NCBI GenBank assembly: GCA_049840735.1
Contig: JASGJN010000026.1
Location: forward strand, 1-64,000
Reading direction: 5' to 3'
Length of the DNA: 64,000 bases
Source of the DNA: Anaeromyxobacter sp.
GTDB lineage: Bacteria > Myxococcota > Myxococcia > Myxococcales > Anaeromyxobacteraceae
How positions within the stretch are numbered: the stretch's first letter is position 1; the number at the start of each line of letters is the position of its first letter. The notes beneath the pieces are model-generated. The model was not told the origin of the DNA. It did not search any database and saw only the letters and a program-made list of their open reading frames with translations. Shown here piece after piece: positions 40,754-51,017 of the stretch. Made by a program: the position numbers and the translations under genes.

Positions 40754-42060
40754 GCGTAGCGAGCCCGCAGGGCTCGCGAATTCGAAGGCCAGGGATCGCG
40801 AGCCCCCCGCTCGCCCTGAGCCTGTCGAAGGGCGAGCGGGATCGATTGTGGCCACGCTGGGCGTCGTCCCTGCGCGCCTCCGGAACGGCCGCTTCGCTCG
40901 GACTTGCTGCGGCCCGGCTGTTCGTGGCGCTCCGCGCGCGTGCCGGACTCCGTGTCATCGCGAGCCGGGCACAACGCAGGCCCCTCGCCGACCAGCGAGC
41001 GGTCCACTCCCGCGCCGTGTTCGAAGGTGGCGGTCGGCGAGGGGCCTTTGGACGGGTGCCCGGCTCGCACCGCTGGACGCGTGCCGCGCGCGTACCTGGT
41101 CAGCGTGTGATGCGGGCCTCCGCGAGAGTCCTCGCTTCGCGGCCGTCCTGCGGCGCTCCGTGACTTGCGGCAGCGTTCGCTCCGCGGGCGAGTCCTACGT
41201 CACCGCGGCCCCGTTCGGCCTGAGCGTAGGGGCTGCGCCAGCAGCCCCGGAGTCGAAGGCCAGGACTCGCTCGATTGCCACGCTCGGTGTCGTCCCTGCG
41301 CGCCTCCGGAGCGGCCGCTTCGCTCGGACTTGCTGCGGCCCGGCCACTCGGGGTGCTCCGCGCGCGAACCGGACTCCGTGTCATCGCTCGCCGGGCACAA
41401 CGCAGGCCCCTCGCCGACCAGTGAGCGGTCCACTCCCGCGCCGTGGTCGAAGGTGGCGGTCGGCGAGGGGCCTTTGGACGGGTGCCCGGCTCGCACCGCT
41501 GGACGCGCGCCGCGCGCGTACCTGGGCAGCCGGTGATGCGGGCCTCCGCCAAAGTCCTCGCTTCGCGGCCGTCCTGCGGCGCTCCGGGACTTGCTGCGGC
41601 TTTCGCGGCGCGGGCGAGTCCTTCGTCACCCCGGCCCCGTTCGGCCTGAGCGTAGGGGCTGCGCCAGCAGCCCCGGAGTCGAAGGCCAGGACTCGCTCGA
41701 TTGCCACGCTCGGTGTCGTCCCTCCGCGCCTCCGGAGCGGCCGCTTCGCTCGGACTTGCTGCGGCCCGGCCACTCGGGGTGCTCCGCGCGCGAACCGAAC
41801 TCCGTGTCATCGCTCGCCGGGCACAACGCAGGCCCCTCGCCGACCAGCGAGCGGTCCACTCCCGCGCCGTGGTCGAAGGTGGCGGTCGGCGAGGGGCCTT
41901 TGGACGGGTGCCCGGCTCGCACCGCTGGACGCGCGCCGCGCGCGTACCTGGGCAGCCGGTGATGCGGGCCTCCGCCAAAGTCCTCGCTTCGCGGCCGTCC
42001 TGCGGCGCTCCGGGACTTGCTGCGGCTTTCGCGGCGCGGGCGAGTCCTTCGTCACCCCGG
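40739..42060. repeat. Tandem array of three REP plus rod units (40739-41208, 41209-41634, 41635-42060)
   Basis: Units 2 and 3 are near-identical with a 426-bp period; unit 1 is 470 bp and carries an extra short REP at 40806-40840; a degenerate REP follows at ~42065-42121. Confidence 0.95.
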
Positions 42061-42133
42061 CCCTCCCCCGGAGCGCAACGAGCCGGCCCGTTTCCAGGCC
42101 GGCTCGCGGAATCGAAGGAGGAACAGGTCGGCC

Positions 42134-43100
<967 letters not shown>

Positions 43101-43221
43101 GGGCGGCTCCGGTGTTGTGAGGGAGAAGGCGTTCAGGCGTGCGTCCGTTATAGCGGACGACCCAGCGAAATGGCAACAAGAACGGATGGGGGGCCGCAGA
43201 TCTCCCGCGATCTGGCCAGGT

Positions 43222-44415
43222 TCAGCGGATCTCGCGCAGCTCGACCCGGGAGGCCACCAGCCGCTTCAGGGGCCAGGCGCAGCGCTCGAGGTCGCCCTTC
43301 CAGATCGCGTCGGGCGGGCAGGCCAGGGCGGGGGCGGGCGGGATCACCTCGAAGCGTGTCTGGAAGGCCCACAGCGTCTCGCGCCCCTGCGCCGGGGTGG
43401 GGCCGAGGTTGGCGTCCAGCAGGGCCTGGCGCGCGGCCTGGAGCGCCAGCCGGTCCAGCGCGCGGTGGCCGCTGGGCGAGACGAGCTCGACCCGCTCCAC
43501 CGCGCCGTCGGCGGACTGCACCACGCGGACCAGCGTCTCGGTGTCGCGGTGGAAGGGGTTCTCTCCCTGCTCCATCGAGGTGGGCAGCGGGCCGCTCCCG
43601 CCGGAGGCCGCCGCCGCCATCCGCCCGATCACGTCGCCGGCCTCGCCGCTGGTGTCGCCGTCCAGCCCGGGCCGGTCGGTGGGGGCGCGGATGCGGCCGT
43701 AGCGCTGCGCCTCCTCCAGGTAGCTCCCCACCGTCCGCCCCAGCCGCGTGCTGGCGCCGCCGGCCTCCTTCGGCCCGGCGTCCAGCGCGCTCCAGTCCGG
43801 CTTGAAGCTGGCCGTCATCCGCTCGCGCAGCGGCGTCCAGTAGCCGTCCGGCACCTGCGCCCGCGCCACGGCCGCGGCCTGGTCGAGCGTGCCCTGCACC
43901 CGCGCCTGCGCGCCCTCGCCTCCGGCGCCGCCCCCCGCGGCGCCGCCGGGGCCACCGCCGCCGGCCAGGCGGCGCCCCAGGCCGCCGCTGCCGGCGAGGT
44001 CGCCCAGCCTGGGCCCGCTCGGACCACCTGGGCCCTGCGCAGGCGCGAGCCCTTCGGAGGCGAGCCACTCGGACGAGCCGCGCTCCGGCGTGGTGGGGCC
44101 CGGCGGCGCCGACGGCGCGGCTCCGGGCGTGACCGGGCCGGGCGAGGCCGTGGTCGTCGCGGGCGGCGGGGCCGGTTGGAGAGGCGGAGGCTGGCGCGCC
44201 GGAGGCGACGGCGGCGCAGGGACGGCCGGCGCGGCCGGAGCGGGCGGGGGCGGCAGCGGGCGCAGCGCGACGGTGAGCCGGTCCATCGGCCTCGGTGGCG
44301 CCGGGCGCGGGCCGGGCAGCAGCCACCACGCGAGCAGCAGCGCCGCCCCGTGCAGCAGCACGGAGACGCCGAAGCCGGCCCAGGCGGCCGCGCGCTCGCG
44401 CCGGCGCGTCGTCAA
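43222..44415 (-). CDS. Pro/Gly-rich single-TM protein with TonB/TolA-like C-terminal domain
   Basis: VSVLLHG TM motif, Pro-rich linker, ADGAVERVELVSPSG..ALDRLALQA. Confidence 0.65.
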   Translation of the reverse strand: MTTRRRERAAAWAGFGVSVLLHGAALLLAWWLLPGPRPAPPRPMDRLTVALRPLPPPPAPAAPAVPAPPSPPARQPPPLQPAPPPATTTASPGPVTPGAAPSAPPGPTTPERGSSEWLASEGLAPAQGPGGPSGPRLGDLAGSGGLGRRLAGGGGPGGAAGGGAGGEGAQARVQGTLDQAAAVARAQVPDGYWTPLRERMTASFKPDWSALDAGPKEAGGASTRLGRTVGSYLEEAQRYGRIRAPTDRPGLDGDTSGEAGDVIGRMAAAASGGSGPLPTSMEQGENPFHRDTETLVRVVQSADGAVERVELVSPSGHRALDRLALQAARQALLDANLGPTPAQGRETLWAFQTRFEVIPPAPALACPPDAIWKGDLERCAWPLKRLVASRVELREIR

Positions 44416-45305
44416 CGTGCCTTGCCCCCCTCGCCCCTCAACACCTTCGCGGCGATCTCATTCCACGCCCGCACCGCCGCGGGGACGTACGGCCCGCGGG
44501 GCCAGATCAGCCCCAGGTCCCAGTTGATGCCCGGCTCGAAGGGGATCACGGCCAGGTCCTCCAGGCGGCGGCAGATGGTCTGGGGCAACAGTGCCACTCC
44601 CAGGTCGGCGCCGGCCAGCGCCGCGATGAAGTCCCACTGCGTGCTTTCGCTGGGGACCTGCGGCGTGAACCCGGCCGCCTTGCAGGCGGCCAGGATGCGG
44701 TCGTGCAGCACGAACTCCGGCCCGTAGAGGATGAGCGGCGTGCCGGACAGGTCGCGCAGGGTGAGCCGCTTGCGCTTCGCCAGCGGGTTGCCGGGGTGGA
44801 CCACCGCGCGCAGCACGTCGTGGACCAGCGGCAGCACCTCGAAGGCGCTCTCGTCGGTGGGCAGCACGGTGACGCCCACGTCCACCGCCCGCGAGGCCAC
44901 CAGCTCCTCCACGCGGCGCGCCCCCTCCTCGCGCAGCTCCAGCGTGACGCCGGGGTAGCGCCGGTGGAACTGCGCGATCACCCGCGGGAAGAAGGGCGCG
45001 CCGATCATGGGCGGCAGCCCCACCACCAGCCGGCCGCGCTTGAGGCCGGCCAGGTCGGTGAGCTCCTCCTCGATGCCGCGCACCGCCGCCAGCACCGCCT
45101 GGGCCCGCTCGAAGACCACCCGTCCCGCGTCGGTGGGAAACACGCGCCGCCCCTCGCGCAGCAGCAGCGGCACCCCCAGCTCCTCCTCCAGCCCCTGCAC
45201 CATCCGGCTCACCGCCGGCTGCGTCACGTGCAGCGCCTCCCCGGCGCGCGTGAACCCACCCAGCCGCACCACCTCCACGAAGGTCCGCAGCGCACGCACG
45301 TCCAC
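44412..45305 (-). CDS. cidR: LysR regulator (CidR-like)
   Basis: LRTFVEVVRLGGFTRAGEALHVTQPAVSR, STQWDFI; divergent from cidA-lrgB; RBS GGAGGAG. Confidence 0.9.
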   Translation of the reverse strand: MDVRALRTFVEVVRLGGFTRAGEALHVTQPAVSRMVQGLEEELGVPLLLREGRRVFPTDAGRVVFERAQAVLAAVRGIEEELTDLAGLKRGRLVVGLPPMIGAPFFPRVIAQFHRRYPGVTLELREEGARRVEELVASRAVDVGVTVLPTDESAFEVLPLVHDVLRAVVHPGNPLAKRKRLTLRDLSGTPLILYGPEFVLHDRILAACKAAGFTPQVPSESTQWDFIAALAGADLGVALLPQTICRRLEDLAVIPFEPGINWDLGLIWPRGPYVPAAVRAWNEIAAKVLRGEGGKAR

Positions 45306-45321
45306 GTCCGGGCTCCTCCCT

Positions 45322-45360
45322 CCATGCGAAACGCGCATGGAAGCCATGAGAAAGATGCAT
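45322..45360. promoter_or_regulatory. Tandem LysR boxes (ATG-N9-CAT x2)
   Basis: CCATGCG-N5-CGCATGG at 45322-45340 and ATGAGAAAGATGCAT at 45346-45360, 22 bp apart. Confidence 0.7.
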
Positions 45361-45396
45361 TTCCATCATAGCGCCGCGACGGCTAGATTCGCCCCT

Positions 45397-45448
45397 GGCC
45401 TTCGACTCCGGGCCCGCTGGAAGCGGGCCCTACGCGCAGGCCGAACGG
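45397..45448 (-). repeat. REP-like copy in the cidA leader
   Basis: GGCCTTCGACTCCG-GGCCCGC TGGAA GCGGGCC-CTACGCGCAGGCCGAACGG. Confidence 0.85.
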
Positions 45449-45457
45449 ACGCCTTCG

Positions 45458-45883
45458 ATGAAGCTGCTTGTTCGCCACCTCCGCCGCCTCCTCCAGATCG
45501 GGCTCCTCCTGCCGTTCTGGGGCGTGGGCGTGTGGGTGGCGCCGCACCTCCCGATCCCCATCCCCGGCAGCCTGGTGGGCACCGGGCTCCTGCTGATCGC
45601 GCTGCAGCTGCGCTGGGTCCGGCCGGAGTGGCTGGAGGACGGCTCGAGCTGGCTGTTCCGGCACATGCTCCTCTTCTTCATCCCCGCCGCGCTGGGCGTG
45701 GTCAGCTTCCCTGAGCTGCTCGGCCCAGCCGGCCTGCGGGCGGTGGCGGTCATCGCGGTGAGCACGGTCGCCGTGATGACCGTCACCGGCGCGGCGGTGG
45801 AGTGGGTAGGGCGGCGGCGGTCCCGGAGCACGGCCGGGACCCCGTCGCCCGTCCACGTCCTGCCGGCCGGGGGCGAGCGGTGA
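45458..45883 (+). CDS. cidA: CidA/LrgA holin-like protein
   Basis: PIPGSLVG, WL..HMLLFFIPAALGVV. Confidence 0.92.
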   Translation: MKLLVRHLRRLLQIGLLLPFWGVGVWVAPHLPIPIPGSLVGTGLLLIALQLRWVRPEWLEDGSSWLFRHMLLFFIPAALGVVSFPELLGPAGLRAVAVIAVSTVAVMTVTGAAVEWVGRRRSRSTAGTPSPVHVLPAGGER

Positions 45884-46560
45884 GCGCCGCGCTCCTCTGG
45901 CTGGCGCTGACGCTGGCGCTCTACGCCGCCGCGCGCTGGCTGCACCGGCGCTTCCCCCGCCCCTGGCTCTCGCCGCTGCTGGTGGTGCCGGTGGTGATGG
46001 TGGCCGGGCTGCTGGCGCTGCACGTTCCCTACCCGGCGTACATGAAGGGCGGGCGCTGGCTGCTGGACCTGCTCGGCCCCACCACGGTGGCCTTCGCGGT
46101 CCCGCTGTATCGCCACCGCGCGCTCCTGCGCCGGCATGCGGTCGAGGTGGCGGCGGGCGTCGCCACCGGCTGCACCGTGGCGGTGCTCAGCTCGGTGGCG
46201 CTGGCCCGCTGGATCGGCCTGCCCGAGCTGGTGGCCCGCAGCATGGCGACCCGCTCCATCACCACGCCGCTGGCCATGGTGGCCGCCGGCACGCTCGGCG
46301 CGGCGCCGGCCCTGGCCGCCGTGTTCGTGGTGGTGACCGGCGTGGTGGGCGCGGTCGTGGGGGCCCTGCTGGTGCACCGGCTGCCGCTCCGCAGCCCCAT
46401 CGCCCGCGGCGCGCTGCTGGGCATGGGCGCCCACGGTGCCGGGACGCAGCGGGCCATGGAGCTGGGGCCGGTCGAGGGCACCATCGCCAGCCTGGTGATG
46501 ATCGTGGCCGGTCTCACCGTGGTGGTGGTGGCGCCGCTGATCGCGCCCTGGCTCGGCTAG
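45880..46560 (+). CDS. lrgB: LrgB/CidB family protein
   Basis: LLGPTTVAFAVPLY, RSITTPLAM, GAHGAGT.RA. Confidence 0.93.
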   Translation: MSAALLWLALTLALYAAARWLHRRFPRPWLSPLLVVPVVMVAGLLALHVPYPAYMKGGRWLLDLLGPTTVAFAVPLYRHRALLRRHAVEVAAGVATGCTVAVLSSVALARWIGLPELVARSMATRSITTPLAMVAAGTLGAAPALAAVFVVVTGVVGAVVGALLVHRLPLRSPIARGALLGMGAHGAGTQRAMELGPVEGTIASLVMIVAGLTVVVVAPLIAPWLG

Positions 46561-46657
46561 GCGGCCGAGCCGCACCCGCAGCGCCCGCCCGGCTGCCTGT
46601 GGCTTCCGGCCGCCCGGCCGGTTAGTCCTCTGGTCAACGCTCGCCCGGAGGACACCG

Positions 46658-48229
46658 ATGGCCCGTGCCGCACGCCCGCTCGCCGCCTCGCTCGCGCTGC
46701 TCTTCTCCGCCTGCTCCGGCAGCAGCGGAGGCGGCGGCGGGACCGAGCCCGCCTACGGCACGCCGGCGCTGCTCTGGGCGCACGGCGGCTGCTTCGGCAG
46801 CTGGTGCCAGACCGGCTGGTACGGCTCGCCGGCGGTGGCCGACCTGGACGGCGACGGCACGCCGGAGGTGATCTGGGGGAGCTACGACGTGGTGGCGCTC
46901 TCCTCGTCCGACGGCAGCCTGCGCTGGCGGGCGGCCGGTGGCTCGCGCGTCTTCGCCAGCGTGGCGGTGGCGGACGTGGACGCCGACGGCGAGCCGGAGG
47001 TGATCGCCGGGCGCGGCGGGGACGAGCTGACGGCCTACCAGGCGGACGGGTCGCTGGCGTGGACGGTCCACCCGTTCGGCGCCGGCGAGGTCCGCACGCT
47101 GGCGGTGGGCGACCTGGACGACGACGGCGCGCCGGAGATCGTCGTAGGCCGGGCGGGCGCCGGGGACGTGGAGCAGCTCTCGGCGTTCACCGGCGCCGGC
47201 GCGCTGGTGCCGGGCTGGCCGGCGCGGCGCGACGGGGAGGCCGGGTACGGCTGGGGCATGTACAACCAGAACGTGGCGCTGGGTGACCTGGACGGGAACG
47301 GGACGCTGGAGGTGATCGGCCCCACCGACACGCACTACGTCACCGCGCTGGACCACGCCGGGGATCAGCTCACCGTGAACGCCCGCTACGCGCCGCAGAC
47401 GGTGTGGAGCGAGGTGGGGCTCAACGTGGACGACGCGGCCGACCTGCGCGGCTGGACCGACTGCGCCACCGAGCGGCGCGGCAACTTCGCGCTCAGCGCG
47501 CCCGCCATCGGCGACCTGGACGGCGACGGCGTGCCGGAGATCGTGGTGGTGGGCGACGTCTACGACTGCGACGCGGATCCGTACCGGAGCCTCTACCAGA
47601 TGCCCTGGGTGCTGGAGCCGGACCGCAGCCGCTTCGCCGGCGGCCCCTACGACTGGACCGTCCTGCCGGCGCCGGAGGGGAGCGCGGGGCCGCGCGCGCA
47701 GGACTACGACGTGATCGAGGACGCCACGGCCAACGCAGTGCTGGCCGACTTGGACGGCGACGGGGAGCGCGAGATCCTCTACGCGTCCTACGACGGCCGG
47801 GTGCACGCGCTCTGGCTGGACCGGCAGGAGCACGGGAGCTGGCCCTACGCGGTGCCGGGCGCTGGCGTCCACTTCGCGTCCGAGCCGGCGGTGGCCGACC
47901 TGGACGGCGACGGCCAGGCCGAGGTGATCGTCACGACCTGGGGAGAGAAGGCGCGCCACGAGAGCGGCTCGCTGCTGATCCTCGACCACCAGGGCCACCT
48001 GAAGCGCTCGGTGGCGCTGCCTGCCTCCTTCCCGGCCGGCGGCTGGAACGGCGGGCTTGGCGCGCCCACGGTGGCCAACATCGACGCCACGCCCGAGCTC
48101 GAGATCGTGGTCGGGACCTCGGCCTCCGGCGTGGTGGCGTACGCGGTCCCGGGCTCGGCCGGAGGGACCATTCTTTGGGGCACCGGCAGAGGGAACCTGA
48201 ACAGGACGGGCACACCCGTCCAGCCCTGA
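46658..48229 (+). CDS. FG-GAP/VCBS repeat lipoprotein
   Basis: FSAC lipobox and about eight (A/G)DLDGDG.PE(V/I) repeats. Confidence 0.9.
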   Translation: MARAARPLAASLALLFSACSGSSGGGGGTEPAYGTPALLWAHGGCFGSWCQTGWYGSPAVADLDGDGTPEVIWGSYDVVALSSSDGSLRWRAAGGSRVFASVAVADVDADGEPEVIAGRGGDELTAYQADGSLAWTVHPFGAGEVRTLAVGDLDDDGAPEIVVGRAGAGDVEQLSAFTGAGALVPGWPARRDGEAGYGWGMYNQNVALGDLDGNGTLEVIGPTDTHYVTALDHAGDQLTVNARYAPQTVWSEVGLNVDDAADLRGWTDCATERRGNFALSAPAIGDLDGDGVPEIVVVGDVYDCDADPYRSLYQMPWVLEPDRSRFAGGPYDWTVLPAPEGSAGPRAQDYDVIEDATANAVLADLDGDGEREILYASYDGRVHALWLDRQEHGSWPYAVPGAGVHFASEPAVADLDGDGQAEVIVTTWGEKARHESGSLLILDHQGHLKRSVALPASFPAGGWNGGLGAPTVANIDATPELEIVVGTSASGVVAYAVPGSAGGTILWGTGRGNLNRTGTPVQP

Positions 48230-48376
48230 TCCAGCTCAGGTGCTGGGGGGCGCTCCCGACCCCCGGTCTACGCACCCCCCTCTCCTCGGGGGTGAACCGA
48301 GAGCGTAACCCCTCGGACGTACGGCGGGTTTAGACGCCCTCGCGATCGGCGGGGGAGTTGCAGTACAAGGTGCGCT

Positions 48377-49783
48377 GTGGAGGGGACCTCACTAGGAGCG
48401 CCCGTGACCGGCGCCCAGACGCTCTCAGGCGCGGTGCTGTCGGCCGTCGCCGAGGTGCGCTGGCGCAACGCCGTGGTGGTGGGCTGGGCCCGCCTGGCGC
48501 TGCGCGGCGTGCTGATCGGGATCTACCTCGTGGCCTGGTTCAGCCAGGGCGAGGGCGGGATCTTCCGTACCCCATTGCTGGTGGGTGGGCTGCACTTCGC
48601 AGCCGGCGTCGCCGCGCTGGTGCTGCTCTACCGGCGCTGGCACGTGCCGGCGGTCACGCTGGTGGCGGCGCTGGTGGACTTCGCGGTGATCAGCTGGGCC
48701 GGCTGGGCCGGCAGCAACCCCGCCGACAGCGACGCCCTGCTCAACGCGGCCTACATGACGGCCGCCATCCAGACCATCGTGGCGTTCGCGGCGGTGGCGC
48801 TGCCCACCTCGCAGGGGCGCTGGATCGCGCTCCTGGGCGTGGCGTTCCCGATGGTGATGGGCAGCCGCGCCGGGATGGAGCCCTGGCTGATCCTGACCCT
48901 CACGGTGGTGACGGCCGCCTTCGCCTTCGTGGTGCTCTGGACCGGCCTGCGCATGGTGCGCATGGCCGCCAGCATGGCCTGGGAGACCACCTCCGGCCAG
49001 ACGCTCCGCCAGCACGCGGCCGAGCTGGAGAAGATGAACGCCGAGGTGGCCGCCCAGCGCGACCAGCTCGTGCGCGCCCAGGGCGAGGCCGAGGTCCTGA
49101 CGCAGCTCATCGTCCACGACCTCAAGAACCCGCTGGCCTCGATGCTCCAGTACCTGGCCATCGCCGAGGCCGAGCTGCAGGCCATGCCGGGCACCGAGCC
49201 GCAGATCCAGCACATCCAGCACGCCGGCGACGAGGGTGTGCGGCTGGCCAAGCTGATCGGCGACCTGCTGCTGCTGCACCGGCTGGAGCGCGGCGCGGTG
49301 CAGCCCAAGCGCGAGCCGGTGCCGATGCAGCTCCTGCTCAACGGCGTGGCCCGCTCCTTCGCCTCCCGCGCGGTGGACCGCGGCGTGAAGATCAGCATCG
49401 GCGGCGACGAGGACCTGGTGGTCCAGCTGGACCTCGACCTGGTGCAGCGGCTGCTGGAGAACCTGGTGGCGAACGCCCTGCGCCACGTCCGCCGCGGGGA
49501 CCTCATCAGCCTGGAGGCGGTGGCCGAGGGCGAGCAGATCCGCCTCTCGGTGCGCAACAGCGGCCCGCCGGTGCCGGAGAACATCCGGCCCAGGCTCTTC
49601 GAGCGCTACGCCACCGAGGGCGTCCGCGAGTGGCACAACGCCGGGCTGGGCCTGTACCTGTGCCGCCTGGTGGCCGAGGCCCACGGCGGCTCGATCGCGC
49701 TGGTGGATCGGCCGGAGTGGCCGGTGTCCTTCGAGGCCATCGTCCCCGCGCCGGGCGCGCTCGAGGCGAAGACCGCCGCGTGA
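48377..49783 (+). CDS. Membrane sensor histidine kinase (orphan)
   Basis: Multiple TM helices, VHDLKNPL, NLVANAL, GLGLY.CR...EAHGG. Confidence 0.92.
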   Translation: MEGTSLGAPVTGAQTLSGAVLSAVAEVRWRNAVVVGWARLALRGVLIGIYLVAWFSQGEGGIFRTPLLVGGLHFAAGVAALVLLYRRWHVPAVTLVAALVDFAVISWAGWAGSNPADSDALLNAAYMTAAIQTIVAFAAVALPTSQGRWIALLGVAFPMVMGSRAGMEPWLILTLTVVTAAFAFVVLWTGLRMVRMAASMAWETTSGQTLRQHAAELEKMNAEVAAQRDQLVRAQGEAEVLTQLIVHDLKNPLASMLQYLAIAEAELQAMPGTEPQIQHIQHAGDEGVRLAKLIGDLLLLHRLERGAVQPKREPVPMQLLLNGVARSFASRAVDRGVKISIGGDEDLVVQLDLDLVQRLLENLVANALRHVRRGDLISLEAVAEGEQIRLSVRNSGPPVPENIRPRLFERYATEGVREWHNAGLGLYLCRLVAEAHGGSIALVDRPEWPVSFEAIVPAPGALEAKTAA

Positions 49784-49875
49784 CGGTCCGGGCCGGCGAG
49801 GCCGGCCTGAACCGCCCCTGGCGCCGAGCGCGGCACTTCCAGCCATTCCGGTCCGAGATGCCTTTCAGTGGCCTT

Positions 49876-49908
49876 CCGCTCGCCCTGAGCCCGTCGAAGG
49901 GCGAGCGG
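49876..49908 (+). repeat. Short REP variant
   Basis: CCGCTCGCCCTGAGCCCGTCGAAGGGCGAGCGG, near-identical to 40807-40839. Confidence 0.85.
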
Positions 49909-50038
49909 GCTCGCGCTCGGGCCGTGTGGCTGGAGCTCGTCCGTCGAGTGCCCGGCGAGTTGCTCACGCAGGGTCACCGGCGGCGCCGCCCCCTCGGGAA
50001 GCGCACCTCATCCCGCATAATGTGATACATTTGTCGTC

Positions 50039-50314
50039 ATGAGGTTCGACTGGGATCCGGAAAAGGCGGCGTCGAACCTGATGAAGCACGGCGTGTCCTT
50101 CGAGGAGGCGGCGTCGGTCTTCGCAGATCCGCTCGCGCTCTATGGGGAGGATCCTGACCATCCGGGGCGGACGCGCGTGATCGGTGCATCCGCCCGACGA
50201 AGGCTCCTCTTCTGCGTGTTCGTCGAGCGCGACGAACACGCGTTTCGCATCATCAGTGCTCGCAGGGTCACGGCGCACGAAAGGAGACGGTATGAAGAAG
50301 GCACCGAAGCGTGA
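50039..50314 (+). CDS. brnT: BrnT family toxin
   Basis: FDWDPEKAASNLMKHGVSFEEA...RIISARR.T.HERRRY. Confidence 0.95.
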   Translation: MRFDWDPEKAASNLMKHGVSFEEAASVFADPLALYGEDPDHPGRTRVIGASARRRLLFCVFVERDEHAFRIISARRVTAHERRRYEEGTEA

Positions 50315-50594
50315 CAGGCCGTCCGCTGCGTCGCTGAAGGAGATGCCCGAAGCGGACTTCTCCAAGCAGAAATGGGAACGGCGGCCGCAGATCGCCGCCC
50401 GCATCGCTGCGGAGGGCATGACGCTTCCCGGGCGCGGACGGCCGCGCAAGGGACAGGAGGTTGGGCCGTCGGTGATGAAGACGGTCCGCTTTCCGAAGAC
50501 GTTCTGGGACCAGCTGGAGAAGCGCGCCAGGTCGAGGAACCTGACCGTCCACGCTGCCATCCGGCTCGCGCTGGCTGAATGGGTCGGGCGGTGA
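50292..50594 (+). CDS. Antitoxin (BrnA-like, C-terminal ribbon-helix-helix)
   Basis: Overlaps brnT, RBS AAGGAG, GRGRPRK then TVRFP...AIRLALAEW. Confidence 0.8.
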   Translation: MKKAPKRDRPSAASLKEMPEADFSKQKWERRPQIAARIAAEGMTLPGRGRPRKGQEVGPSVMKTVRFPKTFWDQLEKRARSRNLTVHAAIRLALAEWVGR

Positions 50595-50614
50595 GAGGGG
50601 AAGCGGGGTCTGCC

Positions 50615-50964
50615 ATGGAGCTGGTCGAGGCGCAAAGACAGGCACTGGCGGAGATCCGGGCGCTCGTTGCGGCCTTCCTCGCGGGGGAGCTGGAGGCGCC
50701 GGAGTTCATCCCGCGCTTCGGCGCGCTGTTCGCGCCGTTCGACCCCCCTGACTGGGCAGCGCGGAACCTCACCGAGCAGGACAAGGCAGATCTGGATGTC
50801 TTCATCCTGGTGAACGGGGGTGGTTCGGAGAGCATCGCGCCCGCATTCCGCTCCGCAGGGAGTGGACGTATGGCGTGGATTCGGACCCCTACAGCTGGAT
50901 AGACGGACCCGCGTATCGTGAATGGATCCGCGGCGTGCTGGCGGAGTCGGGTGTGCGTGTCTAG
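50615..50964 (+). CDS. Small hypothetical protein, frameshifted at the G-run 50816-50820
   Basis: Adding one base gives ...FILVNGGWFGEHRARIPLRREWTYGVDSDPYSWIDGPAYREWIRGVLAESGVRV*. Confidence 0.55.
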
Positions 50965-51017
50965 GCCGAAGCCCTGACTGCTGCTCGTCCGCTCTGATCA
51001 GGAGCGGTGCACGCTCC

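Noticed and set aside
41292..41590. Hammerhead ribozyme or integron attC identity for the rod element
   Set aside because: No CTGATGA/GAAA core and no RYYYAAC...GTTRRRY ends; no integrase or gene cassettes.
40739..42060. CRISPR array, or the ORFs called inside the repeat units
   Set aside because: Units are 426-470 bp with no unique spacers and no cas genes; the ORFs lack codon bias and vary in frame between copies.
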